Below are positions 8,912-18,856 of a stretch of DNA of 64,000 nucleotides, piece by piece. Location of the stretch: assembly GCA_038216175.1 (NCBI GenBank), contig JBBQQG010000001.1:10033-74032 (forward strand). The letters run 5' to 3'. The stretch is from Candidatus Saccharimonadales bacterium. Its GTDB lineage: Bacteria; Patescibacteriota; Saccharimonadia; Saccharimonadales; OMJO01. The notes below the pieces were generated by a model. That model ran no database searches. It saw only the letters and a list, made by a program, of their open reading frames with translations, and was not told the origin of the DNA. Each line of letters begins with the position of its first letter. Position 1 is the stretch's first letter. The position numbers were made by a program, and so were the translations under genes.

Positions 8912-9529
8912 TTAACGTGAGTAGTATTCCACGATTAGTTGTTCATTAATTTCTGGTTCTGCCTCTTCGCGGGTCGGCAGTCCAGTGATAGCTATCTCAA
9001 ACTTCTTGCGATTAACCTTAAGCCAGCTCGGCGATTGGGAGGGAGCAGGGCTTACGTCATCAAGTTTCTTGAAATACTCGTTATTCTTGCTATGGTCTCT
9101 TAGCACTAGTACATCTCCAGCCGAAAGTCTGATTGACGGTACGTCGACTCGGCGACCATTTAACATAAAGTGACCATGGGTGACAAGCTGTCTGGAAGCC
9201 CGGCGGCTGGTTGCAAAACCGGCTCGATAAACGGCATTGTCGGCGCGTTGTTCTAGAAACTGAAGTAGTAATTCACCAGTTTGACCCTGTTTTCTTGAAG
9301 CTTCTCCAATAAGTTTTGCAAACTGTTTTTCGAGTAGGCCGTATAGTCTTTTGACTTTTTGCTTTTCTCTTAACTGAAGAGAATACTGGCTGGCTTTATT
9401 TCTTTGATTACGTCCGCCATGAAAACCAGGAATAGTAGTTCTTTTAACTAACGCTTTATGAGCTTTAGGATGAAGTGCATAGCCTTCTCGACGGCTCATT
9501 TTTACAATTGATTGGGTATCTCTTGCCAC
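8912..9529 (-). CDS. rpsD: 30S ribosomal protein S4
   Basis: Typical uS4 sequence with an S4 RNA-binding domain (RQLVTHGHFMLNGRRVDVPS). Confidence 0.95.
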   Translation of the reverse strand: MARDTQSIVKMSRREGYALHPKAHKALVKRTTIPGFHGGRNQRNKASQYSLQLREKQKVKRLYGLLEKQFAKLIGEASRKQGQTGELLLQFLEQRADNAVYRAGFATSRRASRQLVTHGHFMLNGRRVDVPSIRLSAGDVLVLRDHSKNNEYFKKLDDVSPAPSQSPSWLKVNRKKFEIAITGLPTREEAEPEINEQLIVEYYSR

Positions 9530-9533
9530 TTTG

Positions 9534-9950
9534 CTATACCCTTCGTGCTTTCTTTGGTCGACAGCCGCCGTGCGGCACTCCAGTTACATCTTTGATGGTT
9601 TCAACATGCATATCCAGTCCCTGAAGCGAGCGAATTGCTGATTCTCGTCCAAGCCCTACGCCTTTTACGAATACTTCAACTTTAGACACATTGTACTGTT
9701 GTCTGGCAATCTGGCCGGCTTTTTCCATAGCAACTTGAGCCGCATAGGCAGTTCCTTTTTTTGATCCTCTAAATCCGCATCCTCCAGCACTGGCACTGGC
9801 AAGTGCTCCACCTGCTGTGTCAGTAAAAGTAACAATAGTATTATTAAAGCTGGCAAAAATATGTACCTGTCCAGCTGGAACAGATCGCTTTACCTTCTTC
9901 TTCTTTACTACTGGTGAGGGTGCTACTTGGGTAGCTGTATCTTCTGCCAT
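9534..9950 (-). CDS. rpsK: 30S ribosomal protein S11
   Basis: GFRGSKKGTAYAAQ motif. The start is trimmed to the ATG at 9950 because the track ORF (to 9998) runs into rpsM. Confidence 0.9.
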   Translation of the reverse strand: MAEDTATQVAPSPVVKKKKVKRSVPAGQVHIFASFNNTIVTFTDTAGGALASASAGGCGFRGSKKGTAYAAQVAMEKAGQIARQQYNVSKVEVFVKGVGLGRESAIRSLQGLDMHVETIKDVTGVPHGGCRPKKARRV

Positions 9951-9960
9951 AATATTTTGC

Positions 9961-10347
9961 TTAAGTTTTCGAAGCTGCTTTCTTGGCTGTGCCGCCAACA
10001 GTTAATTTTTTACCGCGACGAGTTCGGGCATTAGTTCGGGTTCTTTGTCCACGGCTTGGAAGGTTGGCTGTATGTCTAATACCACGGTAACTGTTAATGT
10101 CCTTTAGCCGTTTGATATTTCCGGCAACTATACGCTGAAGTTCGCCTTCTACTACGAATTTTTCATTCATAGTATCTTGTATTCGACTAATTTCTGCATC
10201 TGTTAAGTTTTTTACTCTAACAGTTGGATCGACTTTAGCGCTTTCGACTATTTCAGCGCTGGATTTCGGCCCGATTCCGTAAACATAGGTAAGTGCAATT
10301 TGCACCTGCTTGTTGTCTGGTATCGTAACTCCGGAAATTCTAGCCAT
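9961..10347 (-). CDS. rpsM: 30S ribosomal protein S13
   Basis: MARISGVTIPDNKQVQIALTYVYGIG N-terminus. Confidence 0.95.
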   Translation of the reverse strand: MARISGVTIPDNKQVQIALTYVYGIGPKSSAEIVESAKVDPTVRVKNLTDAEISRIQDTMNEKFVVEGELQRIVAGNIKRLKDINSYRGIRHTANLPSRGQRTRTNARTRRGKKLTVGGTAKKAASKT

Positions 10348-10352
10348 ATTAA

Positions 10353-10469
10353 TTAACCCTGCCTCTGCTTGTGCTTTGGCTTAAGTTTGTTAATAACATA
10401 AATACGCCCTTTTCGGCGTACAATTTTATCATCAGGACTGATCTTCTTAACACTGGCACGCACTTTCAT
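10353..10469 (-). CDS. rpmJ: 50S ribosomal protein L36 (Cys-less form)
   Basis: Below the ORF-track size cutoff. Hand translation gives [38 protein letters not shown]. An AAGGAG SD lies 11 nt upstream of this ATG. Sits between infA and rpsM as expected. Confidence 0.85.
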   Translation of the reverse strand: MKVRASVKKISPDDKIVRRKGRIYVINKLKPKHKQRQG

Positions 10470-10525
10470 GCGGATCATTGCTCCTTAATGCTATGGTCAA
10501 TGACACACTGCTTAATTGATAATAA

Positions 10526-10747
10526 CTACGATTTGCGATAGGTGATTCTGCCCTTAGTAAGATCGTAAGGGGTCAACTCGACCGTAACGCCGTCTCCTGG
10601 TACTAAACGGATGTAATGTTTCCGCATCTTACCGGCGACATGAGCTATAATTTTATGTCCGTTGGAAAGTTCTACTCGGAACTGAGTTCCAGGCAAAGCC
10701 TCGACTATGGTTCCGTCTAACTCGATCACTTCCTTGTTTTTGGCCAT
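10526..10747 (-). CDS. infA: translation initiation factor IF-1
   Basis: 73 aa S1-like fold: [35 protein letters not shown]. Confidence 0.95.
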   Translation of the reverse strand: MAKNKEVIELDGTIVEALPGTQFRVELSNGHKIIAHVAGKMRKHYIRLVPGDGVTVELTPYDLTKGRITYRKS

Positions 10748-10813
10748 AAAATATAACGTCAGTAAATAAGTATATCAGTTGGGTGCTTGTCTGTAAAGTG
10801 TTTTATAAAATAT

Positions 10814-12307
10814 TTACTTCTTAGGCTTTTTTCGTCCTGGCAGGTATCTAAGAATGCGTCCGCCTGTACCGGCTTGAGCTGGATCTTCACTGTCATAAAA
10901 GAAGTCAGATTCGGCATATTGGTCGTATGTAACCATTAACGCTCGAGATTCGATCGAACGGAGAGTTTCTAGTGCTACAGATACTAAGATAAGAATCGAA
11001 GTACCGCCGATAGCGATGTTAGTTTTCAAGAATATTTGTCCAATAATTGGGAGTAGTGCCAGTAATCCTAAGCTGATTGCGCCAAATAGCGTTAGACGGT
11101 TGACCACTTTTGACAAGTATTTTTCAGTTTGTAAACCTGACCGCGTATCTTCGATAAATCCGCCTTGTTTTTGCAAATTTTCGGCAATTTCCTTGGCGTT
11201 AAACGTAATCGAGGTATAGAAGAAAGTAAAGACAAATACTAATAAGAAATAGACCACCGGGTAAATATACGGGATATAACCTCCGGTGAACGTCGACGCA
11301 CTCGGTGTTTGAAACCATAATGACAGATTGGATCCCAAATGTTGAAGCCCGGCACTATGGGCGCCGGTGAGAAGTTGTCCAGCAAAACTGGGCACACTTA
11401 AAAATGCCACAGCAAAGATAATCGGAACTACGCCGGCGGTAATCAGCTTTACTGGAAGAATTGTAGTAACGCCACCGTAGGTACGGTTTCCCTGTACCCT
11501 CTTTGCATAGTGAATAGTAATCATTCTCGACGCTTCATTCAATTTAACAATCAGCACTGTAACAATAATAGTTACCGCCAGTATCCCGCCGCCGTACAGC
11601 AGGGCCCGTTTATTTACTGGCAGCTGATGACCAAATAATACTATTTTGCTGCTTTTATCGACTATCGAACTGGCGACACTCGAGATTGTCGATGGCAATC
11701 GGCTTACGATACCAACTGTAATAACCAGCGATATACCGTTTCCAATAGATTGCTCGGTAATAAGTTCGCCTAGCCACATAAGAATCATCGATCCACCGGT
11801 AAGGGCTGCAATCATTAATATCCACTGAAGAGGTGTAGCATTGGCGGTGATGTCTCCGATACCGCTGATTCGAGCTGCTGACTGCCGAACCAAATAGATG
11901 GCACCGACTGATTGAATTATCGCTAGTGGTAGAGTTAACATTCGGGTATATTGATTTATTTTTTTGCGCCCAAATTCGCCTTCTTTATTTAGCGCTTCTA
12001 GTTTAGGGATAGCTTTTGTCAGCAGCTGCATAATGATCGATGCGTTAATATACGGCCCCATGCCAACAAGCATGATTGAAAAGTTAGACAGCGCTCCGCC
12101 AGATAGAACATCTATAAAACTAAGCAGCTGCGGAGTTTTTGATGAAGTAAACAAGTTGTTTAATATCTGTTTAAGAGTATGAGGATCGCTAAGTGGGATT
12201 GGGATATGGGCTAGAACACGAAAAACTAGAAGCATACCGACTACGGCCAGTATGCGCTTTCGCATATCGCTATTTTTTAGAGCCTGCCAAATTACTTTCC
12301 AACTCAT
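10814..12307 (-). CDS. secY: preprotein translocase subunit SecY (with C-terminal extension)
   Basis: Ten-TM protein with SecY signatures and operon position. The roughly 50 aa hydrophilic C-terminal tail is unusual. Confidence 0.9.
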   Translation of the reverse strand: MSWKVIWQALKNSDMRKRILAVVGMLLVFRVLAHIPIPLSDPHTLKQILNNLFTSSKTPQLLSFIDVLSGGALSNFSIMLVGMGPYINASIIMQLLTKAIPKLEALNKEGEFGRKKINQYTRMLTLPLAIIQSVGAIYLVRQSAARISGIGDITANATPLQWILMIAALTGGSMILMWLGELITEQSIGNGISLVITVGIVSRLPSTISSVASSIVDKSSKIVLFGHQLPVNKRALLYGGGILAVTIIVTVLIVKLNEASRMITIHYAKRVQGNRTYGGVTTILPVKLITAGVVPIIFAVAFLSVPSFAGQLLTGAHSAGLQHLGSNLSLWFQTPSASTFTGGYIPYIYPVVYFLLVFVFTFFYTSITFNAKEIAENLQKQGGFIEDTRSGLQTEKYLSKVVNRLTLFGAISLGLLALLPIIGQIFLKTNIAIGGTSILILVSVALETLRSIESRALMVTYDQYAESDFFYDSEDPAQAGTGGRILRYLPGRKKPKK

Positions 12308-12403
12308 ATTTTCCTAATTTTTCTCCATATCAGATCGTAATCTTAAAACTTTAACTAAGTATACAGTACGCTCGGTCTCAAGTAACAGTGTTTGCTGTAA
12401 AAC

Positions 12404-12871
12404 TTACTTTTCAGGCTTCGGTTTCGCTGTTCTTGCGACTAATCCAGTTTTAGTAAAACTTCCGCCAGCTTTTTGAACAGCAGCAATTGCACTTTCACTA
12501 GCTGCCTGCAATTTGACATCAGCTTTTTTAGCTACATCGCCCTTTACGACTAGTTTTACTTTGACGTATGGGCTTGACGTAAGGCTGGCGTTAAATACGC
12601 TGAAATTGTCGATCAGTCCGCCGATATTATCTAACTGGCCGGTATAAACAACTTCTGCCTTAGGTCGGTTTGATCGAAATCCTGGAAGTTTCGGAAGCTG
12701 AGACATTAGCGTGCTTTGTCCGCCTGAAAAACCTGGTCGCCGTCCTTTTCCGGTACGAGAACTCTGGCCTTTGGTGCCTCGGCCGGCAGTTTTACCTTGT
12801 CCGGCAGATATGCCTCGTCCAACTCGGTTTACTTTTTTATTGGAGCTAAGTGTCAGTTCGTTGTATTTCAT
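12404..12871 (-). CDS. rplO: 50S ribosomal protein L15
   Basis: GRGISAGQGKTAGRGTKGQ motif. Confidence 0.95.
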   Translation of the reverse strand: MKYNELTLSSNKKVNRVGRGISAGQGKTAGRGTKGQSSRTGKGRRPGFSGGQSTLMSQLPKLPGFRSNRPKAEVVYTGQLDNIGGLIDNFSVFNASLTSSPYVKVKLVVKGDVAKKADVKLQAASESAIAAVQKAGGSFTKTGLVARTAKPKPEK

Positions 12872-12875
12872 GATG

Positions 12876-13466
12876 TTAAACCGCCGCTTTCTCAGCCTTC
12901 GGTTTGGCAGTTTTTACATTCGGTTCTGAATTGTCGGAATCGTCAGTTTTTTGATTCTTGTTAGTCAGCCAATTGCGGGCTGGTTCAATACTGTCAAGCG
13001 CAGCTACAGTTGCATATGCGACATTAATTTTATTACTTGACCCTAGAGATTTAGACAAGATATTTTTAACCCCAGCCACTTCAAGTACAATTCTAATAAC
13101 TCCACCGGCAATTAAGCCGGTACCTTCACTGGCCGGCTTGAGAAGTATTCGAGCTCCACTCTGCTTGATTTCAGCTTCGTGAGGTATCGTGCCTTTGTAT
13201 AATTTTACTTGGGTAAAGTTTTTCTTGGCTACGTCGACGGCTTTGCTAACTGCAGCAGTTACGTCGGCTCCTTTTGCTACTCCGATACCGACTTTGCCTT
13301 TTCTATCGCCGACAACAACTAATGCTCTAAAACGAAACCTTCGGCCGCCTTTGACTACCCTAGCGACCCGGTCAATGTGGACAATTCGCTCGTCAAATTG
13401 CTTTTCTTCGGGCGGAGTATCATTACCCCGACGATTATTTCTTGCTGGACGTTGATCGTTTGCCAT
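12876..13466 (-). CDS. rpsE: 30S ribosomal protein S5
   Basis: RVARVVKGGRRFRFRALVVVGD motif. Only 4 nt separate it from rplO, leaving no room for L30. Confidence 0.95.
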   Translation of the reverse strand: MANDQRPARNNRRGNDTPPEEKQFDERIVHIDRVARVVKGGRRFRFRALVVVGDRKGKVGIGVAKGADVTAAVSKAVDVAKKNFTQVKLYKGTIPHEAEIKQSGARILLKPASEGTGLIAGGVIRIVLEVAGVKNILSKSLGSSNKINVAYATVAALDSIEPARNWLTNKNQKTDDSDNSEPNVKTAKPKAEKAAV

Positions 13467-13822
13467 TAGAATTTCAATCCTCCTTGACGCGCCGCATCGG
13501 CCAGGGCTTTAACCCGACCATGATACAGTTTGCCATTACGGTCTAATACTACCTGGTTAATTTTAGCGGCTTTGGCTTTTTTAGCTATATCGCTGCCGAC
13601 CCATAAGGCTTTATCAAACATTGTGCCGGTAACTGCTTTCTGACCGACTGAAGTCGAATGGACAAGAGTTTTTTGCTTTTCGTCGTCAATAATTTGAGCG
13701 ACGATATGGCTGTTGCTAATAAATATGCTGAGTCTCGGTCTATCGCCAGATCCTGATACTTTTGATCGTATCCGCGATTTTCGCTTTGATAAATTGTGAA
13801 GTTTAAGTGCTAATCTGTTCAT
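13466..13822 (-). CDS. rplR: 50S ribosomal protein L18
   Basis: Typical uL18 sequence (RPRLSIF.SN.HI.AQIIDD...DR.G..YHGRVKALADAAR.GGL.F). Confidence 0.95.
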   Translation of the reverse strand: MNRLALKLHNLSKRKSRIRSKVSGSGDRPRLSIFISNSHIVAQIIDDEKQKTLVHSTSVGQKAVTGTMFDKALWVGSDIAKKAKAAKINQVVLDRNGKLYHGRVKALADAARQGGLKF

Positions 13823-13831
13823 GGTTGTATC

Positions 13832-14371
13832 CTATTTGTCCTTGCCTGATTTGCCGCTCTTGCGGATAATCCGCTCGCCGACATATTTAAGCCCTTTGCC
13901 CTTATATGGTTCTGGTTTTTTGAGCGCTCTGATTTCAGCCGCTACTTGGCCAACTTGCTGTTTCGATATGCCGGTGATTGTAATAATATTCTGCTCAACT
14001 TTAGCTGTTATACCAGCTGGTAGCGCGTAGTTAACTTCATGCGAGAATCCTAAGTTAAGCTTTAGCCCGGCTCCAGCTAGCGCTACCCGGTAGCCAACGC
14101 CGTTTAGTTCTAACTGCTTGGAAAATCCGTCAGTCACGCCAACTACCATATTGTTAATCAGCGATCGAGTTAGACCGTGTTTCGATCGAATTTTAGGCTC
14201 GTCGTTTGCTCTCGTTACTAATAGCTCCTGATCTTTTTGGGCAACATTAATACCTTCCATACTAAACTGTGACAATGTACCTTTTGGCCCGGTAACAGTT
14301 ACTTCATTTGGATCGACAGTAATTGTCACACCGCTGGGAATTTTAATCGGAAGTTTTCCTATACGACTCAT
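13832..14371 (-). CDS. rplF: 50S ribosomal protein L6
   Basis: MSRIGKLPIKIPSGV N-terminus and overall similarity. Confidence 0.95.
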   Translation of the reverse strand: MSRIGKLPIKIPSGVTITVDPNEVTVTGPKGTLSQFSMEGINVAQKDQELLVTRANDEPKIRSKHGLTRSLINNMVVGVTDGFSKQLELNGVGYRVALAGAGLKLNLGFSHEVNYALPAGITAKVEQNIITITGISKQQVGQVAAEIRALKKPEPYKGKGLKYVGERIIRKSGKSGKDK

Positions 14372-14372
14372 G

Positions 14373-14774
14373 TTAATACACCTTACAGATTAATTCGCCG
14401 CCCAAGCCTTGTTTTTTAGCATCTTTTCCGGTCATTAAACCTCTCGAAGTAGACAAAATTACTATACCTCTGCCACGTTTGACGACAGGTATAGCGGTTG
14501 CACCTATATATGAACGGCGGCCGGGCTTGCTAAGTCTTACAATCTCGGTTATTCGAGCGTTGGCGTTTTCGGAATTTATTGTGACTGTCATTGATTTGCC
14601 TACTTTGATATCTTCAACACTGACATCATCAATAAAACGACTCTTCTTAAGAAGCTGCGCGACTGATTCCTTAAGCTTGGAGTGAGGCAGAGTTACTTCA
14701 TTTTTTCTTACTGAAATAGCATTTCTAATACGGGTTAGCATATCGGCGATTGGGTCTGTTGATACATTTGACAT
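14373..14774 (-). CDS. rpsH: 30S ribosomal protein S8
   Basis: DPIADMLTRIRNA motif. Confidence 0.95.
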   Translation of the reverse strand: MSNVSTDPIADMLTRIRNAISVRKNEVTLPHSKLKESVAQLLKKSRFIDDVSVEDIKVGKSMTVTINSENANARITEIVRLSKPGRRSYIGATAIPVVKRGRGIVILSTSRGLMTGKDAKKQGLGGELICKVY

Positions 14775-14792
14775 AATATTCTTCCTCCTTTC

Positions 14793-15062
14793 TTACCAGC
14801 TGGACTTAGTTACACCAGGGATTTCTCCCTTGCTTGCATGTTCACGAAATGAAATACGGCTTAGACCAAACTGTCGCATGTAAGCATGTGGCCGGCCGGT
14901 TTCAGAGCAACGGTTTTTCCATCTTGTCGGTGATGAATTTCTAGGTAGTTTATGAAGACCTTCAAGATCGCCGACTGATTTAAGTTCATTTCGTTTTGCT
15001 TCGTATTGTTTGATCATTTTCTGCCTTTTCAAATCTCGGGCAATAATAGATTTTTTAGCCAT
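14793..15062 (-). CDS. rpsN: 30S ribosomal protein S14 (long, non-zinc form)
   Basis: 89 aa ending ...[11 protein letters not shown]. No CxxC pairs. Confidence 0.9.
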   Translation of the reverse strand: MAKKSIIARDLKRQKMIKQYEAKRNELKSVGDLEGLHKLPRNSSPTRWKNRCSETGRPHAYMRQFGLSRISFREHASKGEIPGVTKSSW

Positions 15063-15658
15063 TAGTTTGTCTCCTTAGTTTCTCTAGTTTTCTCAAACGG
15101 CATTCCAAATTTAAGTAGTAGCGCCCTAGCATGTTTGGCATCGATCGATCGAATTACGAATACTGCCTGAAGTCCGTGAACAGTAGTTGTTTCTTCGAAT
15201 GTTAGTTCTGGAAAAACTGATTGATCATTTATGCCGATACTAAAATTACCAGAGGTATCGAAAGCTTTATTGCTAACACCGTGAAAGTCCCTAAGCCTCG
15301 GCAGCACGATATTTATTAGACGATCCATGAATTCGTACATCCGCTCGTCCCTTAAAGTAACCTTTAGGCCTATTTTGTTTCCTTCTCGCAGTTTAAAGCT
15401 GGCGATCGATAACTTAGCAATAGTTTCAACTGGTTGTTGGCCGGTTATTTTACGAAGCGTATTGGCGGCAATTTCAATTAATTTCTTGTCGTCTTTTGCT
15501 CGACCGAGTCCGATATTAAGTACAATTTTTTCAAGCTTAGGTACTTGGTTAGGATTTTTCAATCCAAGTTCTTTTTGAAGTTCACTGGCATACTGGTTGA
15601 AATACATCTGTTTCAGCCTGGGGTGGTCGGATTTAAGTGATAGTGTTTTAGTAGCCAT
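15062..15658 (-). CDS. rplE: 50S ribosomal protein L5
   Basis: Typical uL5 sequence and operon position. Confidence 0.95.
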   Translation of the reverse strand: MATKTLSLKSDHPRLKQMYFNQYASELQKELGLKNPNQVPKLEKIVLNIGLGRAKDDKKLIEIAANTLRKITGQQPVETIAKLSIASFKLREGNKIGLKVTLRDERMYEFMDRLINIVLPRLRDFHGVSNKAFDTSGNFSIGINDQSVFPELTFEETTTVHGLQAVFVIRSIDAKHARALLLKFGMPFEKTRETKETN

Positions 15659-15990
15659 TACTTGATCTCCTTTCCACTTGATTGAAATATGCGGATTTTA
15701 TTTCCATCTTTGTCGGTCTTATAGCTAATTCTAGATGCTTTTTTACTGGTAGGTTCAACGATAGATACCTTTGATACCCAGATCGGTTTAGTCAGCTCAA
15801 CTATAGCTCCCTGAGGATGCTGTTTGTTAGGCTTTACGTGTTTTTTAACTATATTTATACCTTCAACTGTCACTTTATTATCGGCTGGATGAACGTTAAG
15901 TATTTTACCTGTCTTATTTTTATACTTGCCGGAACGAACAATCACATTGTCGCCTTTTTTAAGTCTAATTTTAAAGATTTGCTTGTCCAT
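15658..15990 (-). CDS. rplX: 50S ribosomal protein L24
   Basis: KOW motif (KKGDNVIVRSGKYKNKTGKI). Confidence 0.95.
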   Translation of the reverse strand: MDKQIFKIRLKKGDNVIVRSGKYKNKTGKILNVHPADNKVTVEGINIVKKHVKPNKQHPQGAIVELTKPIWVSKVSIVEPTSKKASRISYKTDKDGNKIRIFQSSGKEIK

Positions 15991-16358
15991 TATAAGACCT
16001 CCGGTGCTAGGCTGATGATTTTTGCATAGCCCTGTTCTCTAAGCTCTCTTGGAACTGGACCAAAAATACGGGTCGCCTTAGGCAGTTTGTCGTCGCCGAT
16101 TATTACGGCTGCGTTATCGTCAAATCGAATGGTCGATCCGTCTCTTCTCTTAATTGCATCACGAGTTCGAACAACAACCGCTCTAACTACTGATTTTTTC
16201 TTGACTCCTCCGGTCGGACTGGCCTGCTTAACTGTTGCTGTAATAACGTCGCCTACCCGTGCATAACGTCGTCGGGTGCCACCAAGCACACGGATACACA
16301 AAATCTCTTTGGCGCCGCTGTTATCGCAGACAGTTAATCTTGATTCCTGCTGTATCAT
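15990..16358 (-). CDS. rplN: 50S ribosomal protein L14
   Basis: [19 protein letters not shown]-terminus. Confidence 0.95.
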   Translation of the reverse strand: MIQQESRLTVCDNSGAKEILCIRVLGGTRRRYARVGDVITATVKQASPTGGVKKKSVVRAVVVRTRDAIKRRDGSTIRFDDNAAVIIGDDKLPKATRIFGPVPRELREQGYAKIISLAPEVL

Positions 16359-16648
16359 TACTTTTCTTCCTCAGCTTTCGGTGGAGTTTCCGGCTCGATA
16401 TGCCTGACAACGGCCTTATCGACAATCTTATTGAGGACATATCTTTTTCGGGCGCTAAGTGGACGCGATTCGCTGATAATAACTGTGTCGCCGACTTTTG
16501 CTTCGTTTCTTTCATCATGAGCCATGAATTTACGGCTAAAGCTGTACTGCTTCTTATATAGAGGGTGCATTTTCGGGGTATGGACAGTCACGACAATAGT
16601 CTTGTCGTTTTTATCTGACGATACAATTCCGGTAATAGTCTTGGCCAT
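16358..16648 (-). CDS. rpsQ: 30S ribosomal protein S17
   Basis: [14 protein letters not shown]...HPLYKK pattern. Confidence 0.95.
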   Translation of the reverse strand: MAKTITGIVSSDKNDKTIVVTVHTPKMHPLYKKQYSFSRKFMAHDERNEAKVGDTVIISESRPLSARKRYVLNKIVDKAVVRHIEPETPPKAEEEK

Positions 16649-16848
16649 TATTTGGTCTCCTTGGCGAGTTGTTCGCTTAGTACAGTTAACATGCGCGCTA
16701 AATCTTTTCGTTTAGTTCTCAATATTCTTACATTTTGGACTTCGCCCATATGCAGTCTTCGTCTGAGTTCGGCAATCTCTTCTCTTAGCTTGGTAGTTTC
16801 AGATGCTAGCTCGGTAGTCTGATATTTTCGGATTTCTATAATTTTCAT
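16648..16848 (-). CDS. rpmC: 50S ribosomal protein L29
   Basis: 66 aa helical protein with an L29 pattern, between rplP and rpsQ. Confidence 0.9.
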   Translation of the reverse strand: MKIIEIRKYQTTELASETTKLREEIAELRRRLHMGEVQNVRILRTKRKDLARMLTVLSEQLAKETK

Positions 16849-16849
16849 C

Positions 16850-17263
16850 TTATAGATCCTCCTTTACCAAAAATTTTGTCTTTATCGGCAGTTTATGGGC
16901 AGCTAAACGCATTGCTTCTCTTGCTGTGTCCTCACTGACACCTTGCATTTCAAATAGGATAGTTCCCGGTTTGACTTTGGCAACAAAAAACTCTGGATTG
17001 CCTTTACCGCTGCCCATCTTAACGTCCTGCGGCTTTTTAGTTACAGGCGTGTGTGGGAAAATTCTTATCCAGATCTTGCCACCTCTCTTTACGTAGCGTG
17101 TCATCGCTTGACGAGCCGATTCTATCTGACGCGAAGTTATTCGATAGCCGTCGGTTGATTGAAGGGCATACTGGCCAAATGCGATATAGTTGCCGCTGCT
17201 AGCCACGCCCCTTATCTTGCCTTTCCGTACCTTGCGGTACTTAGTTCGTTTAGGAGTTAACAT
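16850..17263 (-). CDS. rplP: 50S ribosomal protein L16
   Basis: [12 protein letters not shown]-terminus. Confidence 0.95.
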   Translation of the reverse strand: MLTPKRTKYRKVRKGKIRGVASSGNYIAFGQYALQSTDGYRITSRQIESARQAMTRYVKRGGKIWIRIFPHTPVTKKPQDVKMGSGKGNPEFFVAKVKPGTILFEMQGVSEDTAREAMRLAAHKLPIKTKFLVKEDL

Positions 17264-17265
17264 AA

Positions 17266-17898
17266 CTAAACCGTTTCTCCTTTATAAATCCAAACTTTGA
17301 CTCCGATTAAGCCGGAACCAGGATACTGGGCGGCTGTCTTATGAAAATCGATATCGGCTCTAATTGTATGAAGCGGTACGCTTCCTTGAACTTCTTTTTC
17401 TCGGCGCGACATTTCGGCTCCACCTAGTCTGCCTGATAATTCAATTCTGACACCTCGGGCTCCGGCACGCATAGTAGCGGCGGCTGACTGCTTGATAGCT
17501 CGACGAAATGAAATACGTCGTTCTAATTGATGGGCTATACTTTCGGCAACTAATTTAGCATATAGTTCAGGTTTCTTGATTTCTTCGATATTTACTCGTG
17601 TCGGTACGCCGTAAATTTTTTCGATTGCAGTTTTTAGTTCTTGCACCCCTGTACCGCCTCGTCCAATTACAACTCCGGCTTTTGCTGTGCTAATCGTAAC
17701 TGATACAAGATTCGGCGATCTTTCAATATCGACTTTATTAATCGATGCTCTCGAACCGGTTTTTTTATCGATAAGACGTCGAACTGCTAGATCCTGAGTT
17801 AAGAAAGTAGCGTAGTCGCGCTTGGAAGCAAACCAGCGTGACCGCCAGTCTTTGTTAACTTGAAGACGCATGCTAATTGGATTTACTTTTTGACCCAT
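17266..17898 (-). CDS. rpsC: 30S ribosomal protein S3
   Basis: [13 protein letters not shown]-terminus and KH domain. Confidence 0.95.
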   Translation of the reverse strand: MGQKVNPISMRLQVNKDWRSRWFASKRDYATFLTQDLAVRRLIDKKTGSRASINKVDIERSPNLVSVTISTAKAGVVIGRGGTGVQELKTAIEKIYGVPTRVNIEEIKKPELYAKLVAESIAHQLERRISFRRAIKQSAAATMRAGARGVRIELSGRLGGAEMSRREKEVQGSVPLHTIRADIDFHKTAAQYPGSGLIGVKVWIYKGETV

Positions 17899-18284
17899 TA
17901 CTTCGTCTCCTTTTTAACAGTCGATTTAGCGGCTGGTTTTTTAATCACACGCTGTTGACCATCAACTACTACCCGAATATGGGAGCTGCGTCTCTGAAAC
18001 GGCAGCGCTTGTCCGTGAGCTGCTGGGCGGTAACGCTTAATTCTAGGACCGGCCGTAACTCCAATTTCAATTATTGATAATCCCTCGGCCAAATAGTTAT
18101 GATTATGCTCGGCATTTGCCTTAGCGCTCTCGATAGCTTTTTTGACCGGCAAAGCTGATCTGCGAGGAGTATTTTCAAGTATCGTAATAGCATCGGCGAC
18201 AGTTCGACCGCGCACTAAAGCTGCAACAACTCCGACTTTTCTCGGACTCATTCGAACGCCTTTAGCGATAGATTGAACTGACAT
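17898..18284 (-). CDS. rplV: 50S ribosomal protein L22
   Basis: Typical uL22 sequence (RMSPRKVGVVAALVRG). Confidence 0.95.
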   Translation of the reverse strand: MSVQSIAKGVRMSPRKVGVVAALVRGRTVADAITILENTPRRSALPVKKAIESAKANAEHNHNYLAEGLSIIEIGVTAGPRIKRYRPAAHGQALPFQRRSSHIRVVVDGQQRVIKKPAAKSTVKKETK

Positions 18285-18559
18285 TACCTGTTCCCCTTAG
18301 CTAGTTTGCCGCCGTGGCTTCTAAATTTACGTGTCGGTGAAAATTCACCTAGTTTATGGCCGACCATGTTTTCGGTTACAAATACTGGTACGTGGACTTT
18401 ACCGTTATGTACAGCAATAGTTCGACCGACAAAATCTGGTGATATCGTACTGGCTCTAGCCCAAGTTTTAATAATCGTACGGTCTTCGTTGCCAAGAGCT
18501 GCAACTTTCTTAACTAGTTTTGGGTCGATAAATGGACCTTTTTTAAGTGATCTACTCAT
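18284..18559 (-). CDS. rpsS: 30S ribosomal protein S19
   Basis: [13 protein letters not shown]-terminus. Start trimmed to the ATG at 18559, with a GGAG 8 nt upstream. Confidence 0.95.
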   Translation of the reverse strand: MSRSLKKGPFIDPKLVKKVAALGNEDRTIIKTWARASTISPDFVGRTIAVHNGKVHVPVFVTENMVGHKLGEFSPTRKFRSHGGKLAKGNR

Positions 18560-18854
18560 GGTCTGCTCCAGTTCTTTCGTATTTAGCACCGAATAAGGCT
18601 ATCTGCCCTAGTCGTTCACCGTCATTTATCCCGCGGTCATATACATCGAGTATCAGTGCATGTACTTCTTCTTTGCTGAGTTTGCCAGTGTCTATTTGCT
18701 CGAAATCATCAAATAACAATCTCGTCTGATCAACTTTTAACTGAACAAACCCAAGATTTTGACGACCGTGGATGAAATTTCCGTAACTAAAACCATCCGG
18801 TGGTAATTCATGGATGACTATCATATTTTCGCCGGTTCTTAGTTTACTTGCCAT
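18552..18854 (-). CDS. hypothetical 100-aa protein inserted between rplB and rpsS
   Basis: ATG lies 2 nt after the rplB TAA and is preceded by AAGAGGAAA. Its stop overlaps the rpsS start by 8 nt. It fills the whole inter-gene gap. No recognisable domain. Confidence 0.6.
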   Translation of the reverse strand: MASKLRTGENMIVIHELPPDGFSYGNFIHGRQNLGFVQLKVDQTRLLFDDFEQIDTGKLSKEEVHALILDVYDRGINDGERLGQIALFGAKYERTGADHE

Positions 18855-18856
18855 AA

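Noticed and set aside
9951-9998. Long N-terminal extensions in the ORF track for rpsK, rpsS (to 18589), rplC (to 21357), rpsG (to 36864), rpoC (to 41380), hisS (to 50069) and the DHFR-like gene (to 1143).
   Set aside because: The extensions overlap the upstream gene or lack an SD. Internal ATGs give the canonical conserved N-termini and are preceded by good SD sequences.
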